Assembly (NCBI RefSeq): GCF_006345805.1
Contig: NC_043003.1
Coordinates: 108,872,001-108,936,000, forward strand
Length of the DNA: 64,000 nt
DNA from: Octopus sinensis
Lineage: Eukaryota
Direction of reading: 5' to 3'
This document shows, in pieces, positions 39,022-52,519 of this stretch (the first letter of the stretch is position 1; every line of letters starts with the position of its first letter). The notes beneath the pieces are model-generated. The model did not search any database. It saw nothing but the letters and a program-made list of their open reading frames with translations, and was not told the DNA's origin. The translations under genes and the position numbers were made by a program.

Positions 39022-39766
39022 CCTTCTGTGACTTTTGAATCATAATGAAGCAATATTTTAGTGCAAGCCACTTTTTATTTACTTCTCAAGTGCAGAAGGT
39101 AGAAAACACTGTTGATATGCAAGCTTTCATTGAAGAAATCTTAGATAAAGAAACAAAATTAAATGCTAAAAAAAAATACTAAAAACAGAGAAAAAATATT
39201 GTGGGAAAAGAGCGTGGGAATAAATTCTTTTATGTAATAGAGGTTATTGTGACGAACATTCATCTAAATATATCAGTATTGACCCTAGGTCAGTTTTGGT
39301 TAAACAGAATCTGTGATGAAAGAAATTGTAGCCTTGGCTATTCAGTCTTTTAACTAAATTTTAGGACTACATTTTTCAATGTGAAAATGTTTTCCTGGAG
39401 ATACAGAAATGGAGATCATGGCTTCTAGATAACTTATGACAGGGAGATCAAAACACAAACGAAAGAAAACTCACAGAGTATGTATCTCTTATGATATTGT
39501 TATGTTGCCTTTTTTTTTTTTTTTACTACTCATTATAAAAATCTTAGAAATCTCCTTTTTCTCCACTGTTAAGAGAACAAGAGAGAAAAAAATAATGAAA
39601 GGAAAAGAAAATCGATTGTGTAGAATTCTTAAAGGCTTCAAATGACTATAGCTCAACTACTTTCATGATCCCATGTAATGTACTGAGCACCCCCGGGTGA
39701 AACGACACTGTCTACAACTATTACGACACAATGAAAAAAAAAAAGATTATATGGAAATATTTCATA

Positions 39767-40172
39767 GGTGCAGGAGTGGCTGTGTGGTAAGTACCTTGCT
39801 TACAAACCATATGGTTCCAGGTTCAGTCCCACTGCGTGGCACCTTGAGCAAGTGTCTTCTACTATAGCCTCGGCCGACCAAAGCCTTGTGAGTGGATATT
39901 GTAGACGGAAACTGAAAGAAGCCCCTCGTATATATGTGTGTGTGTGTGTGTATATGTGTATATATGTTTGTGTGTCCCAGTTTGTTCCTTCAACATCGCT
40001 TAACAACCGATGTTAGTGTATTTACGTCCCCGTAACTTAGCGGTTCGGCAAAAAAAGAAACTGATAGATTAAGTACTAGGCTTACAAAGAATAAGTTCCG
40101 GGATCGATTTGCTCCACTAAAGGTGGTGCTCCAGCATGGCCACAGTCAAATGACTGAAACAAGTAAAAGAGT
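39767..40172 (+). mobile_element. SINE family A, full-length
   Basis: A/B boxes, internal (AT/GT)n, tail gtaaaagagta. Confidence 0.93.
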
Positions 40173-41974
40173 ACAAGAGACCTCATAAGTAAACCCTGTA
40201 GTGATTCTCTCCCTTTAAGGAGAATATTCCCCCCTCTCGCCCTCCTCTCCTCTTACTCTCTAAGCAACTATAAACAGCAACAACAATAGGTTCCAGTCAA
40301 TTACCCACCAGTGCGTGTGTGTGCTTGTTTGTTCTGTATGTAGACAGGTATAGAACCATTTCATACTTATATATAATTATCGACCTTAATCAAATGAATT
40401 AAACAAAATTAAGCAGTTTATGAAGCAAAGCAGAGTAGAAGGTATTTCAGGAATGTTTTATTTTTTTTTTACTTTTTTATAAAATATCATTGATAATTCA
40501 GCATTCTCCCTTTATAAGATACTTGGAGTGATATGAGAGAGATTTGGCATTTATTTCTAGCTCTCTTGTTGACTCACAATATAATTAATATTAGCTGCTG
40601 TTCAACCTCTGAACAAGCAGGCCAAAGACCCAAATCATCCAACTTATTTTTATATATATTATTTATTTAGTGTATCTAAGACTATACTTACTATCTGACT
40701 CTGTAAGACAGTTAGGGGGCAGTAATTTGAGGGAGAACTAGCTGCTATTCCTAACAAGCTGGACAGATGTGTGTGAGCTTCTTCATTGACTCATCTTTGT
40801 AGGAAAATACAGTAGATGCCACGGCAAGAGTTGGTTGACCTTAAGATCAAACCTGAGCAAGTAAACCTATGATCAAAAGTATTTGACCAAGGACTGACCA
40901 TTTGTTTTTTCCTTTTCTTTCTTCTATACATGGTATTTAAAACAACACCATACACTGTACCAATGTGATGTGAGACAAATTTGGCCATTATTTGTAGCAG
41001 GAAACCATATATTAAGTGTGACTGTGTAGTATGAAGTTTACTTCCCAACCATATGATTCTGGGTTCAGTCCCACCAAGTGGCACTTCAGGAAAAAGTTTT
41101 CTACTATAGCCTTGGGCCAACCAAACCTTTGTGAGTGTATTTGGTAGATGGAAACTAAAAAAAGCTTGTCCATGTGTGTATGTATCCCCTACAACACAAC
41201 ACACACACCACTTGACAACTGGTATTGGTTTGTTTATGTCCCAATAACTTAGTGGTTTGGTAAAAGTGACCAACAGAATAAGTATCATGCCTTAAAAATA
41301 AATACTAGGGGGTGATATGTTCACCTAAACACTTTAAAACAATGCCGCAGTCCAGTGACTAAAATAAGTATAATAAAAAAAAAAGCATCTATTGCTTATC
41401 TGTCATTAATGATATATATCCTGATAGAAAACCTGCAATGTTTCCTGTAGTTCATTGCCTCATTTATATATCTTAGTGAGAAGCACAAAGACAATGTTAC
41501 AATAGTAACAGTTTAGATAAGAAGACTGGTGAAGTTTCAGTATTGAACTTGTTGAGTATTAAATTATTCTGTTAACAAACAAGCGTCTTGAGCTCCATTA
41601 TCGTTGTTCTTGGTAATAAAAGTTAAAATATTTAACACTTGCTTTCCTTTGTTCTTTTATTAATCGATAATTCATGTTCATTTAGACAAGTCTTGAAAGA
41701 GAACATTATCAAGTGTGAAGAAACTGTTATTGACCATCACCATCACAATCATCATCATCATCATCATCGTTTTAATGTCCGTATTTCCATACTTGCACGA
41801 GTCAGATTCTCTGACAGATGCCCTTCTTGTCACCAACCCTTAACTATCTTCCAAGCAAGGTAACATTTCCCTATGACCAGACACGTTTTTACAGAAGACT
41901 AGAAATGAAGGATGTCACTCGTATGACAATGATGCTCGTTTACAACTTGGCTGTCAAGACAAGGAAACGCATGT

Positions 41975-42239
41975 TTGCAGGCGGGTGTGTGTGTGTGTGT
42001 GTGTATGTTTGAGAGTGTGTATGGGTGTGGGTATGTATACATTTGTGCACATGTGCATGCGTGTACTTTTGTGTGTATGTATGTGCGCTTGCGAGTGAGC
42101 GAGTGTGTGCATTTGCGTGTGTGTGTGCATGTGTTTGCGAGTGTGTGCGTGTATGTTTGAAAATTGTGTGCACATGCACATTTGCAAATGTATGTGTGTG
42201 ATTATTTACAACTGTGTGTGTGCATATGTTTGCAAGTGA

Positions 42240-42292
<53 letters not shown>
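41975..42292. repeat. Degenerate (TG)n followed by (TA)n
   Basis: Direct reading of the sequence. Confidence 0.9.
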
Positions 42293-42295
<3 letters not shown>

Positions 42296-43482
42296 TTCTT
42301 TGTCTTGATATCACATTATTATAAATGAATGCCGTTCATTTGCAATATTCTGTCAAAACATGTCCAGCCACAAGGAAATATTACCTTGCTTAGAAAGAGG
42401 TAACAGTTGGCGATAAGAAGTGCATCCAAGCCTAGAAAATTAGCCTCAATAAACAACATACAACCTGTGCAAGCATGGAAAAGTGGATGTTAAAACTATG
42501 TTGATACATATTTATTTATGTAAGGGAATTGGAAAAAAGTATGTGTGTGTATGTTTTAGGATTTCATCTCACCAAAGATGGAAGTTAGATTAACTGAAGA
42601 AGTATATCTAGAAATCCAGAAGATAATTACTTTTTAAAAAATCCACACAACTTCCATACAGTAATTATGATTATACGTATATCTTAGAAGAAATATTATG
42701 GAATACTGAGGATAAAGGCATAATTTCCAGTTCTGCACAGATGGATGTGATATGTGGAAAGTTGATAAAACTGGAAAATATTTCCAATATAAATGCAGCT
42801 AATCTTAATCTCAGATTCTAATCCCAGCCAGTTTTATCAACCTACTGCCACTACTATTAACTTCTACATAATCACTCAGCTTGCTAAAAATAGCATGTTA
42901 CTCTCCCTCAAATCATACAGTACTATCTTAAAAAAGAAGTGTACATTGAATCAAATTGTCAAGGCTATATATTATTTGAATAAAAGATAGTATGTTCTCC
43001 ATTGGAATGCCATTCTTCATGGCCTGTGTCAATCAACAATTACCAGAAATACAAATGCCTTAATCAACAACTTGAAAAATTAATTCGTAATGTAGAGCAG
43101 ATTAAAAACATCGTCAAAAAATGGGTAACTTTTTTGATATCAACTGCCTCTGGTACCATGATACAATCTTCCTGATTTAAACCTTTAGCAGTCAAACTAA
43201 CCATATACAGCCCAAATATTCTACCTGCTTTATGTTCAAACTAGCCAGATCTAGCCTCTCACACCTACTCTACAATGTCATTCTAAAAATAAACAATCAC
43301 ATCATTGAAATTTCAAAGCTACAAGACAATGCAGGATTATTTCAAAACAATATGAATAAGCAAACATTACATTCGACAGAGTAATCTAAATGCATTAGTA
43401 TTAACCCTTTCGTTACTGTATTTATTTTGAGATTCTCTGTGTTTCTTTCAATTACTTTAAATATAACAAAGAATTTAGTAAA

Positions 43483-43646
43483 AAAACCCAATCAAAATGC
43501 CCGAAACTTGATACGCCAATTGAATGCCAGCTAGCTGTTGTGATTGGTCAGAGATTTGGACAGTACTCGCGTGTATGTGCGCACGCATGCAGCTGTATAT
43601 GCATGCACTAGCACTATGACTCGGCATTGCCATGTCATAGTGCTAG
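43483..43646 (+). mobile_element. 3' fragment of the Helitron-like family inserted in a piggyBac-type MITE
   Basis: Matches 51055-51216 and ends GTCATAGTGCTAG|T. The MITE begins TTAACCCTTTCGTTAC at ~43403. Confidence 0.85.
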
Positions 43647-44099
43647 TATAGAAATAAAATAAGAACTTCATTTTCTTATTTTCATTTAATTTCCTCTTAC
43701 CACTTCTTTCTCTTCTTTGCCTCCCTTATTTCCATTTCTCAATCTATTTCAAAATGAACTCATCTTATTCCACTTTGTATATAGTGACAACTAACTGCAG
43801 AAAAACTCATTTCTGCACCACACTTTCAACATGATAACTGTCTACTTGACACAACAAAGAAAAAGGAAAAAGTTAAAAAGCTGAACAGAATCAAAACAAC
43901 AACAACAGAAATGACGTTTGACATAATATCTGCTATAACAAACTGGCAATGGATTAAAGGATTACCGACAAACACTTCTTAAGAACATCTCACTCAAATA
44001 ATGTTTGACAGAAGTAGCATCTACTCATCAGGGTCAAGTCAATTTGTTTAATCCACGGAGAACAAGTGCAAAACAAAATCTATTAATGTTTGTGTATCA

Positions 44100-44152
44100 C
44101 ACTATATATATATATAGATATATATATATATATAATATGTATATATATATAG

Positions 44153-44185
<33 letters not shown>

Positions 44186-44438
44186 TATATATATATATAT
44201 ATATATATAAGAGAGCTTATATATATATATATATATATATTATAGCTTATATATATATATATATATATATATATAGCTTATATATATATATATATATATA
44301 GCTTATATTATTATATATATTATATATATAGCTTATATATATATATATAATATATATGCTTATATATATATATATATATATATAGCTTATATATATATAT
44401 ATATATATATGCTTATATATATATATATATATATAGCT

Positions 44439-44476
<38 letters not shown>

Positions 44477-44508
44477 GCTTATATGTGCAGTACACACTAT
44501 ATATAGTT

Positions 44509-44544
<36 letters not shown>

Positions 44545-44558
44545 ATACATATATATAA
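44100..44558. repeat. (AT)n array punctuated by AGCTT/GCTT
   Basis: Recurring atatagcttatat motif. Confidence 0.93.
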
Positions 44559-46377
44559 CATCATCATCATCCTCATTTAACGTCCGCTTTCCATGCTAGC
44601 ATGGGTTGGACGGTTCAACTGGAGTCCGGGGGAGCCAGAAGCTGCACCAGGCCAGTCAGATCTGGCAGTGTTTCTACAGCTGGATGCCCTTCCTAACGCC
44701 AACCACTCCGAGAGTGTATGGGTGATTTTATGTGCCACCGACACAGGTGCCAGACGAGGCTGGCAGACGGCCACGCTCGGATGGTGTTTTTATGTGCCAC
44801 CGACCACAGTTGCCAGACAGGCTGGCGAACGGCCACGATCGATGGTGTTTTTATGTGCCACTGACACAGGTGCCAGACAAGGCTGGCGAACGGCCACGAT
44901 CGGATGTGTTTTTTAGTGCCACCGACACAGGTGCCAGACAAGGCTGGCGAACGGCCACGATCGATGGTGTTCTTATGTGCCATCGACACAGGTGCCAGAC
45001 AAGGCTGGCGAACGGCCACGCTCGGATGGTGTTTTTATGTGCCATCGACACAGGTGCCAGACAAGGCTGGCGAACGGCCACGATCGGATGGTGTTTTTAT
45101 GTGCCACCGACACAGGTGCCAGACAAGGCTGGCGAACGGCCACGCTCGGATGGTGTTTTTATGTGCCATCGACACAGGTGCCAGACAAGGCTGGCGAACG
45201 GCCACGATCGGATGGTGTTTTTATGTGCCATCGACACAGGTGCCAGACAAGGCTGGCGAACGGCCACGATCGGATGGTGTTTTTATGTGCCACCGACACA
45301 GGTGCCAGACAAGGCTGGCGAACGGCCACGCTCGGATGTGTTGTTATGTGCCATCGACACAGGTGCCAGACAAGGCTGGCGAACGGCCACGATCGGATTG
45401 TGTTTTTTATGTGCCATCGACACAGGTGCCAGACCAGGCTGGCGAACGGCCACGATCGGATGTGTTTTTTATGTGCCACGACACAAGTGCCAGACAAGGC
45501 TGGCGAACGCCACGATCGGAGGTGTTTTTTATGTGCCACCGACACGGTGCCAGACAAGGCTGGCGAACGGCCACGATCGGATGGTGTTTTTATGTCCACC
45601 GACACAGGTGCCAGACAAGGCTGGCGAACGGCCACGATCGGATGGTTGTTTTTATGTGCCTCGCGACACAGGTGCCAGACAAGGCTGGCGAACGCCACGA
45701 TCGGATGGTGTTTTTATGTGCCACCGACACAGGTGCCAGACAAGCTGGCGAACGGCCCAGCTCGGATGGTGTTTTTATGTGCCATCGACACAGGTGCCAG
45801 ACAAGGCTGGCGAACGGCCACGATCGATGGTGTTTTTATGTGCCACCGCCGACACAGGTGCCAGACAAGGCTGGCGAACGGCCACGCTCGGATGGTGTTT
45901 TTATGTGCCATCGACACAGGTGCCAGACAAGGCTGGCGAACGGCCACGATCGGATGTGTTTTTTATATGTGCCATCGACACAGGTGCCAGACAAGGCTGG
46001 CGAACGCCACGATCGGATGGTGTTTTTATGTGCCACCGACACAGGTGCCAGACAAGGCTGGCGAACGGCCACGCTCGGATGATGTTTTTATGTGCCACCG
46101 ACCAGGGGCCCAGACAAGGCTGGCGAACGGCCACGATCGGATGGTGTTTTTATGTGCCACCGACACAGGTGCCAGACAAGGCTGGCGAACGGCCACGATC
46201 GGATGGTGTTTTTATGTGCCATCGACACAAGTGCCAGACAAGGCTGGCGAACGGCCACGATCGGATGGTGTTTTTATGTGCCACCGACACAAGTGCCAGA
46301 CAAGGCTGGCGAACGGCCACGATCGGATGGTGCTTGTTACGTGCCCACAGCACGGAGGCCAGTCGATGCGGTACTAC
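44559..46377 (-). mobile_element. RTE 3' UTR copy carrying an expanded internal tandem array
   Basis: (CAT)n tail at 44559 on the plus strand, family body at 44575-44730, array, then residual body to ~46377. (AT)n on both flanks. Confidence 0.9.
44730..46332. repeat. 62-bp CpG-rich tandem minisatellite, ~26 copies
   Basis: Unit atgtgccaycgacacaggtgccagacaaggctggcgaacggccacgmtcggatggtgttttt; the period of 62 is visible from the line offsets. Confidence 0.97.
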
Positions 46378-47817
46378 ATGTATATAAATATATGCATATG
46401 AATATATAGATGCATATATATATGTGCCTACATACACACATATATATAAATATATGCATATTAATATATACATGTACCTATATATATACACACACACATA
46501 TATAAATATATGCATATATATACATACATGAGTGTTTGCATATGCCTGTATGTGTGGGTGGGTGGGTGGGTGGGTGGGTGTGATGAGGTTCCATGAGTTT
46601 ATCTCCATTGACAACTGGAATACCATATTACGGTATTGTAGACAGATATGGTACAGATGCACATCAAATGGGCTGTTCATGTTTTTTCTTCTTTTTACTT
46701 GTAGAATTGATCTGGTGTTATGATTAATACCACCACCTTCACTATGTAGTTCTTGGTTGCTTTTAGCAGTGTCCACTTTGTTGCATACACTGAGGCTAGG
46801 TCACTGATCTAAGGATAATTTTCTCTTCTCCCCAATTGCGAAGGTCTTGGAAAAATATATGACTAAATGAATTGAAAGGAAAATGAACAAAACTTTGTCC
46901 ACAAGGTTTTTGATTGATCCAAGGAACACTTGAACAAGGTTCTGTGATGTGGAATTGAACTTGAAATTGCATTGTTGCAAAGCAAACTTCAGTACCTGTT
47001 TACTTGTATTTATTATAAATTGTAGCATCAAATGCAACCACAAAGTTCCTGAGTTTCGTTCCATCCAATTATTTGGTTCCTTGAACAAAGGTCGCTTGTT
47101 CTGGGATGATGAGCTGGCAGTTATTAGAATATTGGACAAAATGCTTAGCACTATTCCTTCCAGCTCTATGCTTTCTGAGTTCAAATCCTGCTAAGGTCTT
47201 TCATCCTCAGGGGATCTACAAAATAAAGTAGCAGCCAAATACTGGGGTTCATGTAATTAACTTGCTTCCCCCCCCCCTCTCTCCTCAAAATTAGAATTAC
47301 TAACAGACAACAGGAGATTTCAGCTGGTCAACATCAAAACCAACAAGAAAGTGTCTACATGGTCATCAAAACTGCTAGAAATAGCAGCCAAATCACCACC
47401 ACCACATCTGAAAACCGTAAATGGAAAATAAATACCAGACTTATTGTGAGCGACTTTGGTAGGAGGAAATAAATACCAAACTTAAAAATAAGAGTTCAAT
47501 TTGTTCAACTAAACTCTTCAAAGTGATGCTCCAGCAAGGCCTCAGTTTATTGAATGAAGCTAAATGAAGCAAAAGATAACATAGTATGGTATTAGGTAAT
47601 GTAGCAGTGTAATAGTACTTCTATATTATTACCCAACTACTTTACATCACAGTGTATGAACCAATGAGAGAATCTCTAGTTTCTTGTTCAGAGAGAAACA
47701 GCAGCCAAATTTCACTCAAATCACAACCTGGATAATTTAGTACCAAATATATAAAGTGAGTGGATGCTCACAGTTGCAAAGTCTTTGATCATATATTAAA
47801 TTCATCAGGCATGAAGT

Positions 47818-48123
47818 TGTTGTTGTTTGTTCCTTCTCGAGCCATGCCCGGCTCATAAGGGCCGGTTTCCCGGTTTCCTTGGCGTATAGGTTCCCCACCT
47901 GGATGGGACACCGGTCCGTTGCAGGTGAGCTGCATATGCAGGAGGGAAGAGTGAGAGAAAGTTGTGGGGAAAGAGTCAGCAGAAGTTTCGCCGTTACCTT
48001 CTGCCGGCGCTGCGTGGAGCTTAGGTGTTTCGCTCATAAACACACACATCGCCCGGTCTGAGATTCGAACCCGCGATCCCTCGACCATGAGTCTGCTACT
48101 CTAACCACTAGGCTATGTGCCTC
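47818..48123 (-). mobile_element. SINE family D (tRNA-derived head, (AAC)n tail) with TSD
   Basis: Head ggcacatagcctagtggttagag...ggttcgaatctc. 12-bp TSD CAGGCATGAAGT at 47806-47817 and 48124-48135. Confidence 0.9.
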
Positions 48124-50302
48124 CAGGCATGAAGTGAGACAATAACAAAAATACACTGACCATCGTCATCATAATAATGTCCACTTTTCTATGCTTGCAG
48201 GAGTCAAATGGAATTTATTGAGAAAGATTTTCTATGGCCAGATGCACTTCTTATCACTAACCTTCACCAATTTTCAAGCAACGTAATACTTTCCCGTGGC
48301 TAAACAGCTTTTTTGGAAACAAAAGCAACTGCACGTATGACAGGGATGCTTGTTTACAACTACCATGTAATGTAATGTCAAGGCAAAGAAACACACATAC
48401 ATGACAGGGTTCCTCCCACCAAAGTCGCTCACAAGACTTTGATCAGCTTAAGGCTATTATGAAAGAGACTCGCTCAAGGTACCACACAGTACGACAGAAC
48501 CTGAAACCATCTGCATCGTTAACTACAATTGGGTTGAACACAAATACATTAGCCCTCTTGGAATGCGTGTATAAGGAAATCAATCTGATCAAAGATACAG
48601 TTAGTAGATACAACTGTAAATTCGTTGACAAGCACAACACTCATCCATATCACTCTAATGGATGCTGTCATGTGCCAGTGTCACAGATCAACTGGTTTCC
48701 TGACATTTCTGCAACAAGATGGGATGTTGGCCTCACAACCAGTTTGATCTCAACCTACCTGAAAATGCCCTCAGTTCTACAATACCAATTCCCCATTTTA
48801 AACTGACCTAAATTAATACCTGCTATCAAAATTTCATGTTAATTTATGTTCCAAACACCATTTATTTTAATAGATTAATGATTTTCAAAATTAAGTGAAA
48901 CGAAGGCAATTAATAGAAACAGAGTAAAACTGGGGACTAACCCTTTAGCATTTAAACCAGCAATTTCTGGCCCAAATATTCTACTTGTTTTAAGTTCAAA
49001 CCAATTACATCCAGCCTCTCACACCTATCCTACAATGTCATTCTAAAAATAAGCAATCACTTCATTGAAATCTTGAAGCCACAAAATAATGAATGATTAA
49101 GTGAAAACAATGTAAATAAATAAGCATTATAATTAGGCAGAGTAATTGGAATGTTAAATGTGTTAAAGATGGAACACATCTGAAGATTAGATTAAAAAAA
49201 AAACACACAGAAAAACAGGGTACTCTTGATTATAGAATGTGTTACTAAGTGTTTCAGTCAGTACTTGACAAATGAATATATCAAACAGTTGATTTCATAT
49301 GGATTTTATTAAATAAATTCCAAGTGTCAATTCTCATCCTTGGTAAAATTTACATTTTTAAGTCAATGTACAGAATCACAAACTTTGAGTGTAACCGGTA
49401 CGCAATTTCACAACTCATCTCTCCTCCCATCATTTGAAATCCAGATTGCCATTTTAGAATAGAATGGGTTGGATTGGTTTAAAAACAAGCAACGGAACAG
49501 CAACAGAGTAAAAGGTGAAGCAAAAGAGTAGAAAAGCTGAAGTGCAAGATGAAAGAAAATTTCCTAAATGTCAATCCATTGCAAACAATATGTAATTATC
49601 AATGTCAGTAACATTTCTGGTGAAATATCTACTTCAAGATGTTGGCATGGAGCGAAATTTTTTTAAAAAAAGAAAGAAAATAGATCTTATGAGCATATGA
49701 AGACTGAATAAAAATGTTTAAAACTGAGATATAGCAAAGAAAAAAGAATTAACAAAATTGAAAATGTTTAAGAATTTCTCATTATAACATGAACTACATT
49801 AATACTGGTGGATTGAGAAAATAGTTTGAACATTGCAATATTTGTTCTATCTTTTCATATTCTGAGCTCAAATCCTTCTAAGGTTAACCTTTACCTTTCA
49901 TCCTTCCGGAGTTGATGAAATAAAGTACAGTCAATCATTCTAACGTCCTCCTTCCATGCTGGCATGGGTTGGACGATTCGACAGGAGCTGGCCAGACAGA
50001 ACCCTGCACCAGACTTTTGTGTCTGTTTTGGCAGCAGGATTTTTTACAGAACTGAATACTTTTTATGTGGCACCAAACTGAGTTTGATTGAACCATTCCA
50101 TTACCATATATCTGTCTTTGCTTTGATTAATTGCGAAAATAATAATTTAGTAAAATAACTGTCATTAGTATTAAGCTGGTGCTTGGAGCATAAATTAACA
50201 GGAAATTTTAATGAAAGGTTTCAATTTAAACTCACTTTAAAGCAGGAAGTTTATCTCATTAAGCCAAGGGTTTTCTTAGATTGGTATCAAAAGGATTAAG
50301 CA

Positions 50303-50540
50303 ACTGTCCTTTTTGGGGTTCTATGAGATTAATATAAGACTTATCTAATAGTGATAATTTCCCTTACAGTAACTGCTGCCAGGAAACCACACGTGTTTTA
50401 ACGTATTGCACTACTTTTTGCTCTCCCCACCTTTTATTAGAGTTCAACAGACAGGCAGGTACATTCTCCCAATGTTTTGTAAAACCACTGGGTAACACGT
50501 TTTATGTTAGGTTTGAGGTCTTGTGGCTAATAAAGAAATT
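50303..50540 (+). repeat. Diverged direct repeat, copy 1 (copy 2 at 52028-52250)
   Basis: Shared blocks such as atttcccttacagtaactgctgcca.gaaaccacacgt; both copies end in AATAAA. Confidence 0.85.
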
Positions 50541-50846
50541 TCTGATTTTGTGCATATGTAAGAAATTATAACTATTTGCCATGAACAATTGTGTTTCACA
50601 AAGCTCTGCCTAAAAGGTGATTTTATCCAGGATTACTTGCTTGAAGAAGTTTTCCTTGGTTCCTTTCACTAACAAAGGGATTGGAATATTTGATGCCCAT
50701 CCCATACCTGAGGTGGAAAAGAAATTTGATCCTTAGAGATTTTTTTAATGTCATCATCATTATGTTCACTTTTCAATGGATGCAGGAGTCAGAAAGTTTG
50801 ATAAGGCAGATTTTTCTATGACTGGATGTCTTCACCTGTTTCTATA

Positions 50847-51216
50847 TCTCTCTATATATATAAATGGCAAAATGTCTGTTGTGCGTGCGTCCTTTATACA
50901 AATCCACAATTTTTCAGTTAGAAGGCTCGCACTTTCTATAGTCATTCAAAACTGTCCAAGGGTGGTCGTGCACATCTTTACATTTCCCCAGTCACCCCGC
51001 AAAGCCATTAAAAAAATCAATAGAAGTGACTTTTTTGTGAATTTTTTATCCAAAACCCAATCAAAATGCTCGGAACTTGATACGCCAATTGAATGCCAGC
51101 TAGCTGTATGTGACTGGTCGGAGATTTGGAGAGTACTCGCGTGTATGTGCGCACGCATGCAGCTGTATATGCATGCACTAGCACTATGACCCGGCATTGC
51201 CAGGTCATAGTGCTAG
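50847..51216 (+). mobile_element. Complete non-autonomous Helitron-like element (~370 bp)
   Basis: Inserted between A and T with no TSD. Starts TC, ends CTAG; terminal palindrome at 51177-51217. Confidence 0.88.
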
Positions 51217-52027
51217 TAGTAAATATTTCCCTATGGCTGAACATGTTTATACAGAATATTGGAAATGAATGATACAACTATCACACAATGTCAAAACAAA
51301 CACACAACCACATATCAAGATAAGGTCTTTCAGTTTCCGTCGACCAAATTCACTCCCAAGGCTTTGGTTGGCCTAGTGCTAGGGTAGAGATGAGAAAAAG
51401 CAAAATGAAAAGGGGGAGACAATCATGGCCGTTTCCCCATTGATTCAGGTCAAAACTCCAATAACAGCCAGAGCTAACATAAAAGTGGACAAGATCTTTT
51501 CAATTTCATTGTTACCAGTACCTGACAAGGTAGGGAACCAAAAGCATTAGAAATTCTTTATTCAGGCACAATGCATGCTAGAAGCTATGAGCAGCAGTTT
51601 TACCTCATCTTCTGGCTGTGACGATGATGATGATGAGATGGAGGCAGGAGAAAGGTGAAAAACCATTGAGGGCAAGAAATGAAGGAGAGGAAAAGGAATC
51701 CAGTGTGTCACAGAGATCTGAACCAATAACAATAATCTGAAGGAGAACGTAATGAATCCTGCATGGTTTGAGTAGGAAATGGTAGCCAAATATATTGAAC
51801 AGAAGAATAAAATTGATGAAATCCACAACAACATTATATAAACAGATAACAAAAACTACCAAAGAGATTGTGGGAAGGTTCAAGTCTAACCCAGGACCAA
51901 AGCTACTCAAGGGCAATTTCAGATATATTATGTTTCAATTTAACAGAATGTAAGGGAATTAAAGAGTTGAGGAGGCATCTTAAGCTTAATTCTAGCAAGT
52001 TGGCAGTATCTCATTCCTTTCTGGGTG

Positions 52028-52250
52028 ACTGCCCATTTTGGGGGTTCTATATGATTAACACAAGACTTATCTATTAGTGATTATTTCCCTTACAGTAACT
52101 GCTGCCAAGAAACCACACGTTTTTCATGTGTAGTACTACTTTTTGCTCCACCCACTTTTTAGTAGAGGTCGACAAACAGGCACGTACATCCTCAACTACT
52201 GGGTCACATATTTTGTTATGCTTGAGTCCTTGTGACCAATAAAAAAATTA
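52028..52250 (+). repeat. Diverged direct repeat, copy 2
   Basis: See copy 1. Preceded by a purine-rich, decayed coding-like segment at ~51420-52020. Confidence 0.85.
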
Positions 52251-52519
52251 ATATCATTATTATTATCATTAAATAATAATTAATCTGAGAAACAAATATT
52301 TTCATTTATTATATATATTTATTGATTCAACTCAAATGCGTTTGGTAAAATTTTTTATTTCATCTGTAAAAGAATTACAGATAATTCAGTGTGATATCCT
52401 GCTTAATCCTTTTGTATCCGTATATTACCTTTTGTTTCAGTTAATATTAAAAATAACAAAGAATTTAGGAAAATGAATTAGTCATTGTTAAGCTGTGTTT
52501 GAAACATAAATATGGGTAG

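Noticed and set aside
37847-39071. RE-rich / SL-rich ORFs
   Set aside because: Read-through of the (GA)n array and the antisense of the 36-bp repeat.
44732-46401. 551-, 474- and 392-aa ORFs, and a possible CRISPR array
   Set aside because: Products of a 62-bp head-to-tail tandem with no unique spacers, no cas genes and a eukaryotic retroposon context.
46801-47194. Overlapping 127-aa and 81-aa ORFs
   Set aside because: No recognisable motif, both extend into a SINE-B head, and one splice site is weak on either strand.
48459-48806. 115-aa ORF
   Set aside because: It starts within a SINE-A fragment, with no motif and no consistent splice-site pair.
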